DNA of 64,000 nt from an uncultured Actinomycetes bacterium (GCA_963755025.1 CAVWIH010000028.1:32001-96000); one strand, 5' to 3'; numbered from the stretch's first letter, positions 51,109 through 62,196 are shown. The notes: generated by a model from the sequence alone, not told the origin. Program-made: numbers and translations.

Positions 51109-51753
51109 ATGCAGCACATCATCGACCCCATCGTCACCTTCTGCACGAGTCTGATCGGTCACTGGGGACTGCCGGCCGTCTTCGTTCTCATGCTTCTCGA
51201 GAGCGCTTGCATCCCTATTCCCAGCGAGGCGATCATGCCGTTCGCGGGCTTCGCCGTGAGCCAGGGCAACCTGAGCCTCGCGGGCATCGTCGTGGCCGGC
51301 GTCGCCGGCAACCTCTTCGGCGCCTGCATCAGCTACGCGGTCGGGTACTACGGCGGCCGGCCGTTCGTCGAGCGCTACGGCCGCTACGTCCTGCTGCGCA
51401 TGCACCACCTCGTATGGGCCGAACGCTTCTTCGCCCGTTACGGGCCGATCACCGTGTTCTTCGCCCGCATGGTGCCGATCGTCTGCACCTTCATCTCGCT
51501 GCCCGCCGGCTTCGGACGCATGCCGTTCTGGAAGTTCGTGGCCTACACGGTGATGGGCTCCACGATCTGGGTGCTGCTCCTCGGTTTCGTCGGCGAGAAG
51601 CTGGGCAGCAACTGGACGAAGATCGAGCCCCTGCTGCATTACCTCGACTACGCCGTGGTCGTGGCCGCGGTCGTGTTCGTCGTCTGGGTCGTCGTGCGCC
51701 GCCGGCGCAGCGGCCGGCCCGACGTGGCCGACGACGCGGCGGGCGAAGCATGA
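51109..51753 (+). CDS. dedA: DedA family membrane protein
   Basis: Motifs LESACIPIPSE, YGGRP, RMVP..FISLPAG. Confidence 0.93.
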   Translation: MQHIIDPIVTFCTSLIGHWGLPAVFVLMLLESACIPIPSEAIMPFAGFAVSQGNLSLAGIVVAGVAGNLFGACISYAVGYYGGRPFVERYGRYVLLRMHHLVWAERFFARYGPITVFFARMVPIVCTFISLPAGFGRMPFWKFVAYTVMGSTIWVLLLGFVGEKLGSNWTKIEPLLHYLDYAVVVAAVVFVVWVVVRRRRSGRPDVADDAAGEA

Positions 51754-53216
51754 GCGCCGTGCACGGCGGCCCCGACGCGCGCTCCGCAAGCCCGTCCGCC
51801 GGGCTTGCGCCCGACGCCGTGCGCGTCTATGCGCCGGCGACCACCGCCAACCTGGGCCCCGGCTTCGACTGCCTGGGGCTTACCATCGACCTGTGGAACG
51901 TGACCACCTTCACGCTCGTCGGCGAGGGCGTCGAGGTGCGTGTGACCGGCGAGGGCAGCGACGTCCTGCCGCACGATGCCGACAACCTGGTGGTGACCGC
52001 CTTCCGCCGGCTCCTCGACGAAGTCGGTGCGCCCATGCCGGCCGGCCTCCTCGTCGAGTGCGAGGTCGCGGTGCCGCTCTCCTCGGGGCTCGGCTCGAGC
52101 GCCACGGCGATCGCCAGCGGCCTGCTCGGCGCCAACGAGCTGCTCGGCCGGCCGGCGAGCGACGCCATCATCCTGGCGCTCGCCACCGAGGTCGAAGGCC
52201 ACCCCGACAACGTCGCGGCGGCCCTGAACGGCGGTCTCGTGGTCGTGGTCAACGGCGAGGAGGGACTGCTCACCGAGCGCATCGAGGTCAAGCCGATCGA
52301 GGTGGCGCTCGCCGTGTCGCAGATCGAGTACTCCACGAGCGCGGCGCGCGCCGAGCTGCCCATGTACGTGGCGCTGGCCGACGCCGTCTACAACATGGGC
52401 CGAGCCGCCCTGGTCGTCGAGGCGCTGCGCCGCGGCGACCTCGAGCTGCTCGGCAAAGCCATGGACGACCGGCTGCATCAGGCGCAGCGCCTCGAGCACA
52501 TGCCCGGCGGGCCCGCGGCCATGGCGGCGGCGCGCAAGGCGGGGGCCGCCGCGGTCGCCGTCTCGGGCTCGGGCCCCAGCCTCATCGCCTTTCCGGCGCC
52601 GGGCGCGGCGGTCGACGACGTCGCCGCCGCCATGGTCGCCGCGCTGGCCCGCGAGGGCGTGCGCTCCCGGCCCTTCACGCTGTCGACGACCGATCGCTGC
52701 GCCACCGCGCGGCCCTGGCCCGTCGCCGGCGCCGCCGGCGTCGAAGCGGCCGTGCGCCGCGCCGCCGTGGGCGCGCCGTCCGCCGGCCGCGCGGCCGCCG
52801 GGTTCGAGCTCACCGACCACACCGCCGACGTCGGTCTGCGCGTCTGGGGGCCGTCCGAGGCCGCCCTGTTCGAGCAGGCCGCGCTGGCCCTGACGGCGCT
52901 CGTCTGCGACCCGGCGACCGTCGAGCCGCGCGAGACCTACACCGTCGTCGCCGAAGCCCAGGAGGGCTCGCCCGACGCCCTCCTCGTCGCGTGGCTGAAC
53001 GAGCTGCTCTATCGCCTCGACACCGACGGCATCGTCTTCTGCGGTTTCTCGATCGAGGGGCTCACCCATCGCTACGTCTCGGCGCGCGTGCGCGGCGAGC
53101 AGTTCGACCGGCAGCGCCACACGTCGCGCCTCGTGGTGAAGGCGGCCACCTATCACGGCCTCTCCGTGCGCCGCCTCGACGACCGCTGGGAGGCGACGCT
53201 CATCCTCGACGTCTGA
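51750..53216 (+). CDS. thrB: Homoserine kinase-archease fusion protein
   Basis: ThrB motifs PATTANLGPGFD, PLSSGLGSSA, EGHPDN, DRLHQ, SGSGP. After an Ala/Gly linker come archease motifs DHTAD, WLNELLY, KAATYH and terminal LDV, all in one frame. Confidence 0.88.
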   Translation: MSAVHGGPDARSASPSAGLAPDAVRVYAPATTANLGPGFDCLGLTIDLWNVTTFTLVGEGVEVRVTGEGSDVLPHDADNLVVTAFRRLLDEVGAPMPAGLLVECEVAVPLSSGLGSSATAIASGLLGANELLGRPASDAIILALATEVEGHPDNVAAALNGGLVVVVNGEEGLLTERIEVKPIEVALAVSQIEYSTSAARAELPMYVALADAVYNMGRAALVVEALRRGDLELLGKAMDDRLHQAQRLEHMPGGPAAMAAARKAGAAAVAVSGSGPSLIAFPAPGAAVDDVAAAMVAALAREGVRSRPFTLSTTDRCATARPWPVAGAAGVEAAVRRAAVGAPSAGRAAAGFELTDHTADVGLRVWGPSEAALFEQAALALTALVCDPATVEPRETYTVVAEAQEGSPDALLVAWLNELLYRLDTDGIVFCGFSIEGLTHRYVSARVRGEQFDRQRHTSRLVVKAATYHGLSVRRLDDRWEATLILDV

Positions 53217-53277
53217 GGGGGCCTGCGCCGGGGCACTACACGAAGCGTCCCGGTAAGCGACCCGGAAGAGGCACCCG

Positions 53278-54724
53278 ATGGCCGGCAGCGCCGCGCACCT
53301 GAACGTCCGCCGCCTCGACGGCTTTGTCTGGCGAGATCCCCCGGCAGGGCGCCATGCTCGTGCCCGGGATCGTCTACACGGGCCCCGAGCTCTTCGACCA
53401 GTCCGGCCACGAAGAGGCCCTGCAACAGGTGGCCAACGTCGCCGCCCTGCCGGGCATCGTGCGGGCCAGCATCGCCATGCCCGACATCCACTGGGGCTAC
53501 GGCTTTCCCATCGGCGGCGTGGCGGCGACCGACGCCCGCGAAGGGTGTCGTCTCGCCGGGCGGCGTGGGCTTCGACATCAACTGCGGCGTGCGACTCGTG
53601 CGCACCGGCCTGCGCCGCGACGACGTGGCGCCGCGCCTCGAGGAGCTGCTCCACCAGTTGCTCAGTCGCGTGCCCACCGGCACCGGGGCGCGCGGCGCCC
53701 TGCGCCTGAGCGCCCGCGAGCTGCGCCGCCTGGTCGAGCAGGGCGTGCCCTTCCTGGCCGGGCGCGGCCTCGCCTCGGCCGACGACCTCGCGCACACCGA
53801 AGAGGGCGGCGCCCTGCCGGGCGCCGACGCCGATGCAGTGAGCCAGAAGGCGCTGCAGCGCGGCCTGGCGCAGGTCGGCAGCCTGGGCGCCGGCAACCAC
53901 TTCCTCGAGATCCAGGTGGTCGACCGGGTCTTCGACGACGCAGCGGCGGCGACGTTCGGGGTCGCCGCCGGTCAGTGGTCGTCATGATCCACTCGGGCTC
54001 GCGGGGCTTCGGCCACCAGGTCTGCACCGACCACCTGGCGAGCATGAACGCCGGCGGCTACGGCTTCGACCTGCCCGACCGCCAGCTGGCCTGCGCCCCG
54101 GTGGACTGCCCGCCGGGCGCGACTACCTGGCGGCCATGGCCGCCGCCAACTTCGGCTTCGCCAACCGGCAGGTGATGATGCACGAGGTGCGGGGCGCCTT
54201 CGAGCGTGTCTTCGGCGGGCCGCACGAACGCTCGGCCTCGAGCTCGTCTACGACGTGGCGCACAACATCGCCAAGCTCGAGAAGCACGCGGTCGACGGCG
54301 GCGCCGCGCGAACGTGCTCGTCCACCGCAAGGGAGCGACCCGCGCCTTCGGCCCCGGCCACCCCGACCTGCCGCCCGGCTACCGCGACGTCGGCCAGCCG
54401 GTCATCATCCCCGGCGACATGGGTCGCGAGAGCTGGCTGCTGGCGGGCACCGCCACCGCCATGAGCGAGACCTTCGGCTCGACCTGCCACGGCGCCGGCC
54501 GCCTCATGTCGCGCGGCGCCGCGCGCAAGGTCAAGAGCGGCGCCGACGTGCGCGACGAGCTCGAGGCGCGGGGCATCGTCGTCAAGGCGGGCTCGACCGC
54601 CCTGCTCGCCGAAGAGGCGCCGCACGCCTACAAAGACGTGGCCCGCGTGGTCGAGATCGTCGAGGCGCTGGGCCTGTCGCGCCGCGTGGCGCGCCTGCGG
54701 CCGCTCGGCGTGCTCAAGGGCTAA
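53278..54724 (+). CDS. rtcB: RtcB RNA ligase (several frameshifts)
   Basis: [74 protein letters not shown] spread across frames. Confidence 0.92.
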
Positions 54725-55674
54725 GCGCCGCGAGGTCACCGTGCGTTCGTCGGGGGGGCAGCCGGAGCTCGGTCTGGGCGATGTCTTCGTAGAGGCGCAC
54801 GGGCGACATCTCGCCGGCGGCGTCGCCGTACGGCGGCTCGCGCGCGCCGAAAGATCTGCTCGGCGACGGCGCTGAGCTCGATCGGCACGCCCTGGGCGCG
54901 CGCCAGATCGACTGCCAGCCCGAGGTCCTTGCAGGCGAGGGCCATGGCGAAGCCGCTCTCGTAGTCGCCGTCGTGCAGCAGCGGCAGCAGGTCGCGCTCG
55001 AGCAGCACGCTGTTGGCGGGACTGGCCACGAGGGCCTGATGGAGCACCGCCAGGTCGACCCCGGCGCGCGCCCCGACCGTGAGCGTCTCGGCGATGGCGA
55101 CGAGCGAATCGAACCACAGCTGGTTGAGCAGGAGCTTGACGGCGTAGCCGGCGCCGTGGGCGCCGACGTGCATGATCTTCCCGGGGTCGCCCATGACGGC
55201 AAAGACGGGCCGCATCTGCTCGAAGTCGCTCGCCTCGCCGCCCACGTAGATCTGCAGGGTGCCGGCCGCGGCGCCTTTGGCCATGCCGGCGACGGGCGCG
55301 TCGAGCACCCTGATGCCGCGCCCCGCGCCGCGCTCGCGCACACGCTCGGCGACGGCCGGCAGCGAGGTCGACATATCGACCCACAGGGCGCCGCCCGGCA
55401 GGGCGGCGAGCGCCTCGCCGGCGCCCAGCATGACGTCGTCGACCGCGGCCGGGGTGGGCAGCATGGTGATTAGCGCGTCGGCCGCCGCGGCGGCCTCGGC
55501 GGCGCTTGCGGCGGCGTGCGCCCCGGCCGCGGCGAGCGGAGCGATCAGCGCGGCGTCGAGGTCGTAGACGGTCAGCTCGTAGCCCGCCGCGGCGAGGCGA
55601 TGGCTCATGTGCCCGCCCATGTGGCCGAGGCCGATGAAGGCGAGGCGCGGGGCGCGCCCGCGAGCCGTGCTCAT
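54714..55674 (-). CDS. NAD(P)-dependent beta-hydroxyacid dehydrogenase (3-hydroxyisobutyrate dehydrogenase family; frameshift near 54840)
   Basis: Motifs [30 protein letters not shown]. Confidence 0.9.
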
Positions 55675-56174
55675 GGCCTGCGAAAGAACGGGTTGCGGGG
55701 GTCGTCGCGGGCGGCCAGCGCGTGCTCGACGTCAGGCAGCCCCGCGCCCGCGTTGCGCAGCGCGGTGAGCGTGGCGGCGCGGTTGTTGGCGTAGACCGCC
55801 TCTTCGTCGGCGGCCGCCGGGTTCACCCACACGGCCGCGATCAGCAGCAGCTCGTCGACGGTCGCCCGCTCGATCACGCCTTCGGCGACCGCTTCGGCGA
55901 CGCCCGAGGCGACGCCCGCCTGGGCGGCGCCCCACGTGAGGTCACCGTGCCGGCCCGGGCCGATCGTGGCCTTGTTGACGAAGAGCGTCATGGGCTTGAC
56001 CGCGAGGCCGGGGCGCACGACCGCGACGAACGGCACGTGTCCTTCGCGCGGCGTCGCGAGCGCGGTGGCCCAGGCGACCCCGACCGGGCCGTCACGGGGA
56101 CCGAGGACGGTGTTGACGTGGGCGGCGTCGACGCCCTCGCCGACGAAGCCTTCACCGATGAGCATGCTGTCCAC
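55671..56174 (-). CDS. fae: Formaldehyde-activating enzyme (Fae) homolog
   Basis: IGEGFVGEGVDAAH, KPMTLFVNK, GAAQAGVA, VYANN, NPF. The stop overlaps the dehydrogenase ATG. Confidence 0.9.
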   Translation of the reverse strand: MDSMLIGEGFVGEGVDAAHVNTVLGPRDGPVGVAWATALATPREGHVPFVAVVRPGLAVKPMTLFVNKATIGPGRHGDLTWGAAQAGVASGVAEAVAEGVIERATVDELLLIAAVWVNPAAADEEAVYANNRAATLTALRNAGAGLPDVEHALAARDDPRNPFFRRP

Positions 56175-56439
56175 CTGACCCGCTCTCCTTGCGACCGAAG
56201 GGCCGGCAACGTGCCGGAGCGTCAGAGTCGTAGCCGCTCGCCGGTCTTGCCAAACCGTCGCACGGCCTCGCGGCCCGGCCGCGCGGGGGCCCGGGCCGGC
56301 AAGACGGAGGAGGCGTCGGGAGAAGAGTTAGGAGTCTTTAGTCCCCGCTTCGCGGTAGAATGTTCTGTGCTATTCTTGACGGGAAGAACTTTTGGCTGAA
56401 AGACTCGCGTTTCGGCGCGTACCGACGAAAGGGGGCGGA

Positions 56440-56906
56440 GTGGACCAGCTCGATCGTGAGATCCTCGTCGCGCTGCAGACGCGAAGGGCGCAAGTCCAAC
56501 CTCGCGCTGGCCCGCGAGCTCGACCTCTCGCCGTCGGCCATGCTGGGCCGCGTGCGGCGCCTCGAGCAGAGCGGCGCGATCCGCGGCTACCGCGCGATCG
56601 TCGATCCGCTGGCGCTCGACATCACCGTGCAGGCGCTCACGGTGGTCAAGCTGCGCGAACACAGCGAGCAGGCCATCAGGGAGTTCGAAGACGCCGTCAA
56701 AGGCGTGCTCGGCGTGCGCGCCTGCTACCACGTGACCGGGCAGTTCGACATGGTCATGGTGCTGGCCCTGCGCGACCTCGACGCACCTCGCCCAGATGAT
56801 CCGGGTCGATCTCGCCAAGATCCCCGGCGTGATGCAGCTCGAGACCATGCTGATCATGGCCGAGTCGGTGGCCGACGAGGGCTGGCCGGTCTTTCCCGAA
56901 GAGTGA
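56440..56906 (+). CDS. Lrp/AsnC-family transcriptional regulator (two frameshifts)
   Basis: DQLDREILVALQ, GR.SN..LARELDLS..RVRRLE..G.IRGY, CYHVTGQFD, IPGV..ET. Confidence 0.88.
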
Positions 56907-56972
56907 CGACGCGCCGGCGCGTCGCGCCGGCGCTTTCCCGTCTGCGATCCTGAACGACCAGGAGGTACGAAC

Positions 56973-57831
56973 ATGCCGGCAAAGAAGGGCGTCCTCGAGC
57001 TTCACGAGATGAAGCGCGCGGGCGAGAAGATCGCCTGGCTCACCGCCTACGACTACCCGACCGCCGACCTTCGAGCAGGAGGCCGGCATCGACATGATCC
57101 TGGTGGGCGACTCGCTCGGCATGTGCGTCTACGGCTACCCCGGCACCGTGCCGGTCACCATGGACCAGTGCATCGTGCACTGCGAGGCCGTGCGCCGGGC
57201 GGCGCCCGACGTGTTCGTGGTCGGCGACATGCCGTTCATGAGCTATCAGATCTCCGACGAAGAGGCCGTGCGCAACGCCGGCCGCTTCCTTAAAGGAGGC
57301 CGGCGTCGACGCCATCAAGCTCGAGGGCGGCGTCTCGGTGATCAGCCGCGTCAAGGCGATCCTCGACGCCGGCATCGTGGTCTGCGGCCACATCGGCCTC
57401 ACTCCGCAGAGCTCCGGACAGCTCGGTGGCCACAAGGCCCAGGGCCGTACGCTCGAGTCGGCCAAGCTCGTCGTCGAAGACGCCCGCGCCCTCTACGAGG
57501 CCGGCGTCCAGCTGCTGCTGGTCGAAGCCGTGCCGCCCGAGGTCGCCGCGTTCATCCGCGACGAGCTGCCGATCCCGGTGCTGGGCATCGGCGCCGGCGA
57601 GCAGGTCGACGGCCAGCTCCTCATCGTCAGCGACGTGCTGGGCACCTTCCAGGCCTTCACTCCCAAGTTCGTCAAGAAGTACGCCGACCTGGCCGGCGTC
57701 GCCACCGCGGCCCTCACCGAGTACGTCGCCGACGTGCGCGGCCGGCGGGTTCCCCGAGGAGCAGCACTGCTACCACATGCTCGAGGGCGAGCACGAGCGC
57801 TTCCTGGGCTACACCGGGGAAGGACGCGTGA
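56973..57831 (+). CDS. panB: 3-methyl-2-oxobutanoate hydroxymethyltransferase (several frameshifts)
   Basis: [39 protein letters not shown]-like, [13 protein letters not shown] ribosome-binding site. Confidence 0.92.
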
Positions 57832-59056
57832 TCGCTGGCGAACGAGCGCCCCCGCCCACCCGCGCGGCCCGGGTCGACGACCTGGGCACCGAGACGGTGT
57901 TCGCGGTCGCGGCCGAGGCCGCGGCGCTGGCCGCCCAGGGCAGGACGGTCTACCCGTTCCACCTGGGCGACTTGAACCTCGCCACCCCGGCGAACATCGC
58001 CGAGGCCGCCACCCGGCGCCCTGCGCGACGGCAAGACGACCTACTGCCCCAACGCCGGCATCGCCGAGCTGCGCGCGGCGATCGCCGCACGACGTCGGCG
58101 CCGCCCGCGGCCTCGACTACACCGTCGAGAACGTGAGCGTCCAGCCGGGCGGCAAGCCGGTCATCGGCAAGTTCCTGCTCACGCTGATGGACCCCGGCGA
58201 CGAGGTGCTCTACCCCAACCCGGGCTTTCCCATCTACAGCTCGCTGATCGAGTTCTTCGGCGGCCGCGCGCTGCCCTACACCTACGTCGAGCAGGGCGAC
58301 GGCTTCGTGCTCGACCTCGAGCAGATCGAGCGCCTGATCACGCCGGCCACCCGGCTGCTCATCCTGAACGACCTGCACAACCCGACGGGCGCCGAGTGCT
58401 CGTCCGCCGAGCTCGAGGGCCTCGCCGAGATCGTGCGCCGCCACGACCTGCGCGTGCTCTGCGACGAGGCCTATTTCGACGTGCGCTACCAGGGCACGAG
58501 CCGCTCGCTCGCCTCGCTGCCCGACATGCAGGAGCGCTGCGTCATTCTCTTCACGTTCTCCAAGAAGTACGCGATGACCGGCTGGCGCCTGGGCGCGGCC
58601 ATCGGTCCCAAGCCGTTCATCGACGTCTGCAACACGCTCAACGTCAACGGCGAGTCGTGCACCAACCAGTTCGTGCAGTGGGCCGGCGTCGAGGCCCTCA
58701 CCGGCGACCAGAGCGGGGCGCGCGCCATCATGGCCCGCCTCGAGGGGCGCCGCGACGCGGCGCGCGAGATCCTCGACTCCACGCCGGGCATCCGCTGCCT
58801 CGAGCCCAACACGACCTTCTACCTGTATCCCAACGTCACCGAGGCCATGGAGCGGACCGGCCTCACCGACTACGAGAGCTTCCGGCGGGCCATCCTCGAG
58901 CACACGGGTGTCTCCATGTGCACGCGGCTGCACTTTGGCCCTGCGCTGCCCGGCGAGACGCAGCGCTACCTGCGCTTCGCCTACTCCGGTCTCACGACCG
59001 AGCGCATCCGCGAGGGCCTGGGGCTGCTCAAGACCTTCATGGAAAGCCACGGGTGA
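57828..59056 (+). CDS. Class I/II PLP-dependent aminotransferase (frameshifts near 58020-58090)
   Basis: [46 protein letters not shown]. The GTG overlaps the panB stop (GTGA). Confidence 0.9.
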
Positions 59057-59160
59057 CGCCCGTCGGTTGAACCCGCCATACTAGGGCGCTACGCCCAGAC
59101 GATCCCAAGAGTCCCAACGATCACCGACACGTGATCAGACCATGCGGAGGAGACAAGACG

Positions 59161-60612
59161 ATGAAAGACGTGCGTGACCCTGTGATCACCGGTCGCCTGA
59201 CGATGCTGTCCGAGAAGGGCAAGCAGGACATCTACGACGCGGCGGTGCGGATCGCCAGCGAGATCGGCATGCGCGTGCCGCACCAGGTGTCGCGCGACCT
59301 GCTGGTCGCCGCCGGCGCGACCGTCGAGCAAGGCGATCTCGTGCACGTGTCGCGCGAGATGATCGAGGCCGCCCGCAAGACGGCGCCCGCCCTGTTCAGC
59401 GTCTACGACCGTAACGGCGAGCCCGCCATGGAAGTCGGCAAGAACCACAGCTACTTCGGCACCGGTTCCGACCTCATGGAGATCTACGACCTCGAGACCG
59501 GCGAGCCGCGCCAGACCACCCTGGCCGACGTCGGTCGCGCCGCGCACGTCTGCGACGGCCTCCCCAACATCGACTTCATCATGTCGTGCGCCTACCCGCA
59601 CGACGTCGTGCCCGCCTCGCGCGAGTACCTCGAGAGCTTCCGCCAGATGATCACCAACACGACCAAGCCGATGGTCATGACCGCCGCGGGCGGCGAAGAC
59701 CTCGAGGTCATGTGGCAGATCGCCTGCGAGCTGCGCGGCGGCGAGCAGGCCCTGCGCGACAAGCCCTACTTCATCATGTACGGCGAGCCCGTGAGCCCCC
59801 TGCGCCACGCGAGCGAAGTCCTCGACAAGCTGCTCTTCTGCGCCGACAAGGGCATTCCCGCGATCTACTCGCCGGCGCCCAGCGCCGGCGCCACCGCGCC
59901 CATCACGCAGGCCGGCCACATCGTGCTGGCCGTCGCCGAGTCGCTGTTCGGCCTCGTCATCCACCAGCTCCGCAAGCCGGGCGCGCCGTTCGTCTTCGGC
60001 ATGGGCCCGGTCAAGATCGACATGACCACCGTGCAGGCCCTCTACAACTCGGCCGAGTACTACACGACCATCCTCGGCATCTGCGAGATGGCCAAGTGGC
60101 TCGACCTGCCGAACTGGGGCTACGCCGGCTCGAGCGACTCGCACGTGGTCGACGCGCAGGCCGGCATGGACGCCGCCGAGCTCACCCTGCTCTCCATGCA
60201 GGCCGGCTCCAACCTGAACCACGACATCGGCTACCTGGCGTTCGGCCTGATCGGCGCCCTCGAGCTGGTCGTCATCACCGACGAGATCATCTCGCTGAAC
60301 CGCCGCACCCTCGAGGGCATCGAGGTCAGCCCCGAGACCCTCGGCGTCGAGGTCATCGCCAAGGTCGGTCCGGGCGGCGAGTTCCTGCGCGAGAAGCACA
60401 CCGCCAAGTACGTCCGCACCCAGCAGTGGATGCCCACCATGCTCAACCGCAAGACGCGCGAGAACTGGAAGGCCGACGGCGCCCCCGACCTGCGCGAGCG
60501 CGCCCGTCGCAAGGCCCTCGCCATTCTCGCCGACCACAAGCCCGAGCCGATCGCCCCCGCCACCATGGCGAAGGTCGACCAGCTCACCGACGGCTACCAG
60601 CCGGCTCCGTGA
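59161..60612 (+). CDS. Trimethylamine methyltransferase (MttB) superfamily corrinoid methyltransferase, non-pyrrolysine
   Basis: SPL, GATAPITQAG, KPGAPFVFG, DLPNWGYAGSSDSHVVDAQAG, VGPGGEFL..HT. No in-frame TAG. Confidence 0.93.
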   Translation: MKDVRDPVITGRLTMLSEKGKQDIYDAAVRIASEIGMRVPHQVSRDLLVAAGATVEQGDLVHVSREMIEAARKTAPALFSVYDRNGEPAMEVGKNHSYFGTGSDLMEIYDLETGEPRQTTLADVGRAAHVCDGLPNIDFIMSCAYPHDVVPASREYLESFRQMITNTTKPMVMTAAGGEDLEVMWQIACELRGGEQALRDKPYFIMYGEPVSPLRHASEVLDKLLFCADKGIPAIYSPAPSAGATAPITQAGHIVLAVAESLFGLVIHQLRKPGAPFVFGMGPVKIDMTTVQALYNSAEYYTTILGICEMAKWLDLPNWGYAGSSDSHVVDAQAGMDAAELTLLSMQAGSNLNHDIGYLAFGLIGALELVVITDEIISLNRRTLEGIEVSPETLGVEVIAKVGPGGEFLREKHTAKYVRTQQWMPTMLNRKTRENWKADGAPDLRERARRKALAILADHKPEPIAPATMAKVDQLTDGYQPAP

Positions 60613-62068
60613 GGCAGGCGCACCCTGAAGAGCGGCCGCCCGTAGCCCGGCCGGCCGCATGGGCTGCGGGGACGGCGGCGCTGTGATCAGCGCCGCCGGC
60701 CTCGACGCCATCCACGAGGGTGCGCTGCGTCTGCTGCGCGAGGTCGGCTGCGCCGTCCTCGAACCCGAGGCGCTCGCCCTGCTCGCCGCCCACGGCGCCG
60801 CCGTCGACGGCGTCCGCGTGCGCATCGGCGAGGAGCTCGTCGCCACCGCGCTCGCGACGGCGCCGGCCGGCTACACGGTAGCCGGCCGGCGCCCCGCGCG
60901 CGACCGCCGCGTGGGCGCCGGCGCCGACCCCGTGCTCGGCCACCGCTTCGGGTCCCGCCTTCGTGCTCGACGCACGGCGAGCGCCGCCACGGCACGCTCG
61001 CCGACGTGCGCGACGCGGTGGCCCTCACCCACCAGCTCGCCAACCTCGACGTCTACGCCCTCGCAATCGAGGCGCTCGACGTGCCCGAGGAGCGCCGCCC
61101 GCAGACCATCGCTCACGCCACCGTCACCGGCACCGGCAAGCCGTCGCGCGTCGACGTCACGACCGCGCTCGAGCTGCAGGTGGCGCTCGACGTCGCCGAG
61201 ATCCTCTACGGGGCCGGCTGGCACGACCGGCCGCGCCTCTGGACGGTCATCAACACGACCTCGCCGCTGCAGCTCTCGGCCGACGCCGGCCGTTCGCTGC
61301 TGCGCCTGGCGCGCCTTGGCCAGCCAGTCTGCCTGACCGTGTGCGCCATGGCCGGCACCACGGCGCCGCTCACGCTGGCCGGGCTGCTCGACCGTGCAGC
61401 ACGCCGAGCTGCTCCTGGGGCTCGTGCTCACCCAGCTCGCCCAGCCGGGCTGCCCGTTCCTCTACGGGGGCACTTCGTCGGTGTCGTCCATGCGCAGCGG
61501 CGCGCTGCTCATGGGCGTTCCCGAGTACTGGGCCGTGGTCGAGGCGACGGTCGCCCTGGGTCACCGGCTGGGCCTGCCGGTGCGCACCGGCGGCGCCCTC
61601 ACCGATGCCCACGTGACCGACGCGCAGGCCGGCGCCGAGTCGGCTCTCGGCCTCGAGGCAGCCCTGCGGGCGGGAGCCGACTTCGTGCTGCACGCCGGCG
61701 GCATCCTGTCGTCGTTCAACTGCTTTTCGACCGCCAAGCTCGTGCTCGACGACGAGCTGCTCGGCGCCCTGCGCCGCGCGCGCCGGCCGATCATGGTCGA
61801 CGCCGACACCCTGGCGCTCGACGTCGTGGCCGCCGCCGGCCCCGGCGGCTCGCTGCTGGGCCAGGCCCACACCCGCCGTCACGCGCGCGACGTCGCTCCC
61901 GACGGCCTCATGAACCGCGACCCCTACGAGACCTGGGTGGCGCACGGCAGCCGCGACCTGGCCACCAGGGCCGACGCGCGGGTCGCCGAGCTGCTGGCCG
62001 CCTACACCCCGCCCGACGACTTGGACGAAGTCACCGCGCGGCAGCTCAGGGAGTACTGTTTGGCTTAA
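60609..62068 (+). CDS. Second MttB-superfamily methyltransferase, non-pyrrolysine (frameshifts; start 60609 or 60683)
   Basis: IHEGALRLLREVG, NTTSPL, AGTTAPLTLAG, QPGCPFLYG, LPVRTGGALTDAHVTDAQAG, GPGG..HT spread across frames. Confidence 0.88.
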
Positions 62069-62196
62069 GCGAGCGGCGTGCGCACGAGACGCCCCCGACG
62101 CCGGCTTGCCGCCGCCGCGCTCCCGGTCCGCGCCGGACACCACGTGGAGAATCACAGAAAAGGACTACGAAGAGGCTTCTCTTCAAGGAGGACAAC

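Noticed and set aside
53278-54724. Programmed frameshifting, intein or intron in rtcB
   Set aside because: Total length fits an uninterrupted RtcB, and the shifts are numerous, lack consistent slippery sites and also affect neighbouring genes.
56175-56340. ZTP or THF riboswitch in the structured leader of fae
   Set aside because: Stems exist (gtcttgcc/ggcaagac), but I could not find the diagnostic conserved nucleotides of either class.
57338-59056. Apparent PanB-aminotransferase fusion ORF
   Set aside because: It arises from several frameshifts. A GTGA stop/start overlap at 57828-57831 indicates two genes.
59161-62068. Pyrrolysine recoding in the MttB genes
   Set aside because: No in-frame TAG at the equivalent position, and no pyl genes or tRNA seen.
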